The position numbers and the translations under genes are program-made. The notes under the pieces are model-generated. The model made no database searches, was not told the origin of the DNA, and worked only from the letters and a program-made list of their open reading frames with translations. Positions 63,718-64,000 of a DNA stretch of 64,000 nucleotides are shown here, piece by piece. The DNA is from Octopus sinensis (Eukaryota). The stretch is taken from the NCBI RefSeq assembly GCF_006345805.1, contig NC_043013.1, forward strand, positions 1,674,001-1,738,000. Direction: 5' to 3'. Position 1 is the first letter of the stretch; every line of letters begins with the position of its first letter.

Positions 63718-64000
63718 ACACATACACACACCTGATACACATACAGACACCCTCATGCAAACATAAGCATCTGCATAAACCAGCACGTCCATGCCGACCC
63801 TCTCATAAACACACATACATACGAGCACACACGTGCACACACACCACACACACACACACGCACATACACACACGTGCGATCTTGGGCGCACATATGTACT
63901 CAAATACTCATATAAATCCACATTAACATATAAACAACACACTCACACACACCTAAGTGTAAACATGCACACATACATACATATACGTGCACATACATAG

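Overview
AT-rich eukaryotic DNA dense in microsatellites and retroelements. The SINE families, (TA)n/(CA)n/(AAT)n load and LINE content strongly resemble an Octopus (coleoid cephalopod) genome; this is an inference. The only supportable host-gene sequence is a minus-strand first coding exon (2449-2116) with a signal peptide, N-glycosylation sequons and a GTAAGT donor. The gene continues off the left edge, and the rest of the window appears to be its upstream region. About a third of the window is R4/Dong-clade non-LTR retrotransposon (RT + CCHC + restriction-like endonuclease): about 15 pieces from several subfamilies, mostly abutting (AAT)n tracts, two of them nearly intact (25.3-29.3 kb, +; 32.1-35.7 kb, -). 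Also present are L1/Tx1-like fragments, three gag-like ORF1 regions with no adjacent endonuclease, three tRNA-derived SINE families, a 1288-bp mariner with perfect 32-bp TIRs, small MITE/Helentron-like pieces and several fold-backs. The best leads are: a ~554-bp non-coding element found 7 times at (AAT)n/Dong sites (candidate Dong-dependent non-autonomous element); a TSD-bounded ORF1-only (HAL1-like) element splitting a SINE head; a conserved 3'UTR stem-loop/pseudoknot across divergent Dong subfamilies; and three minimal hammerhead-ribozyme-like motifs. No rRNA, true tRNA, CRISPR or prokaryotic genes were found. Repeat boundaries were read by eye and may be off by tens of bases.
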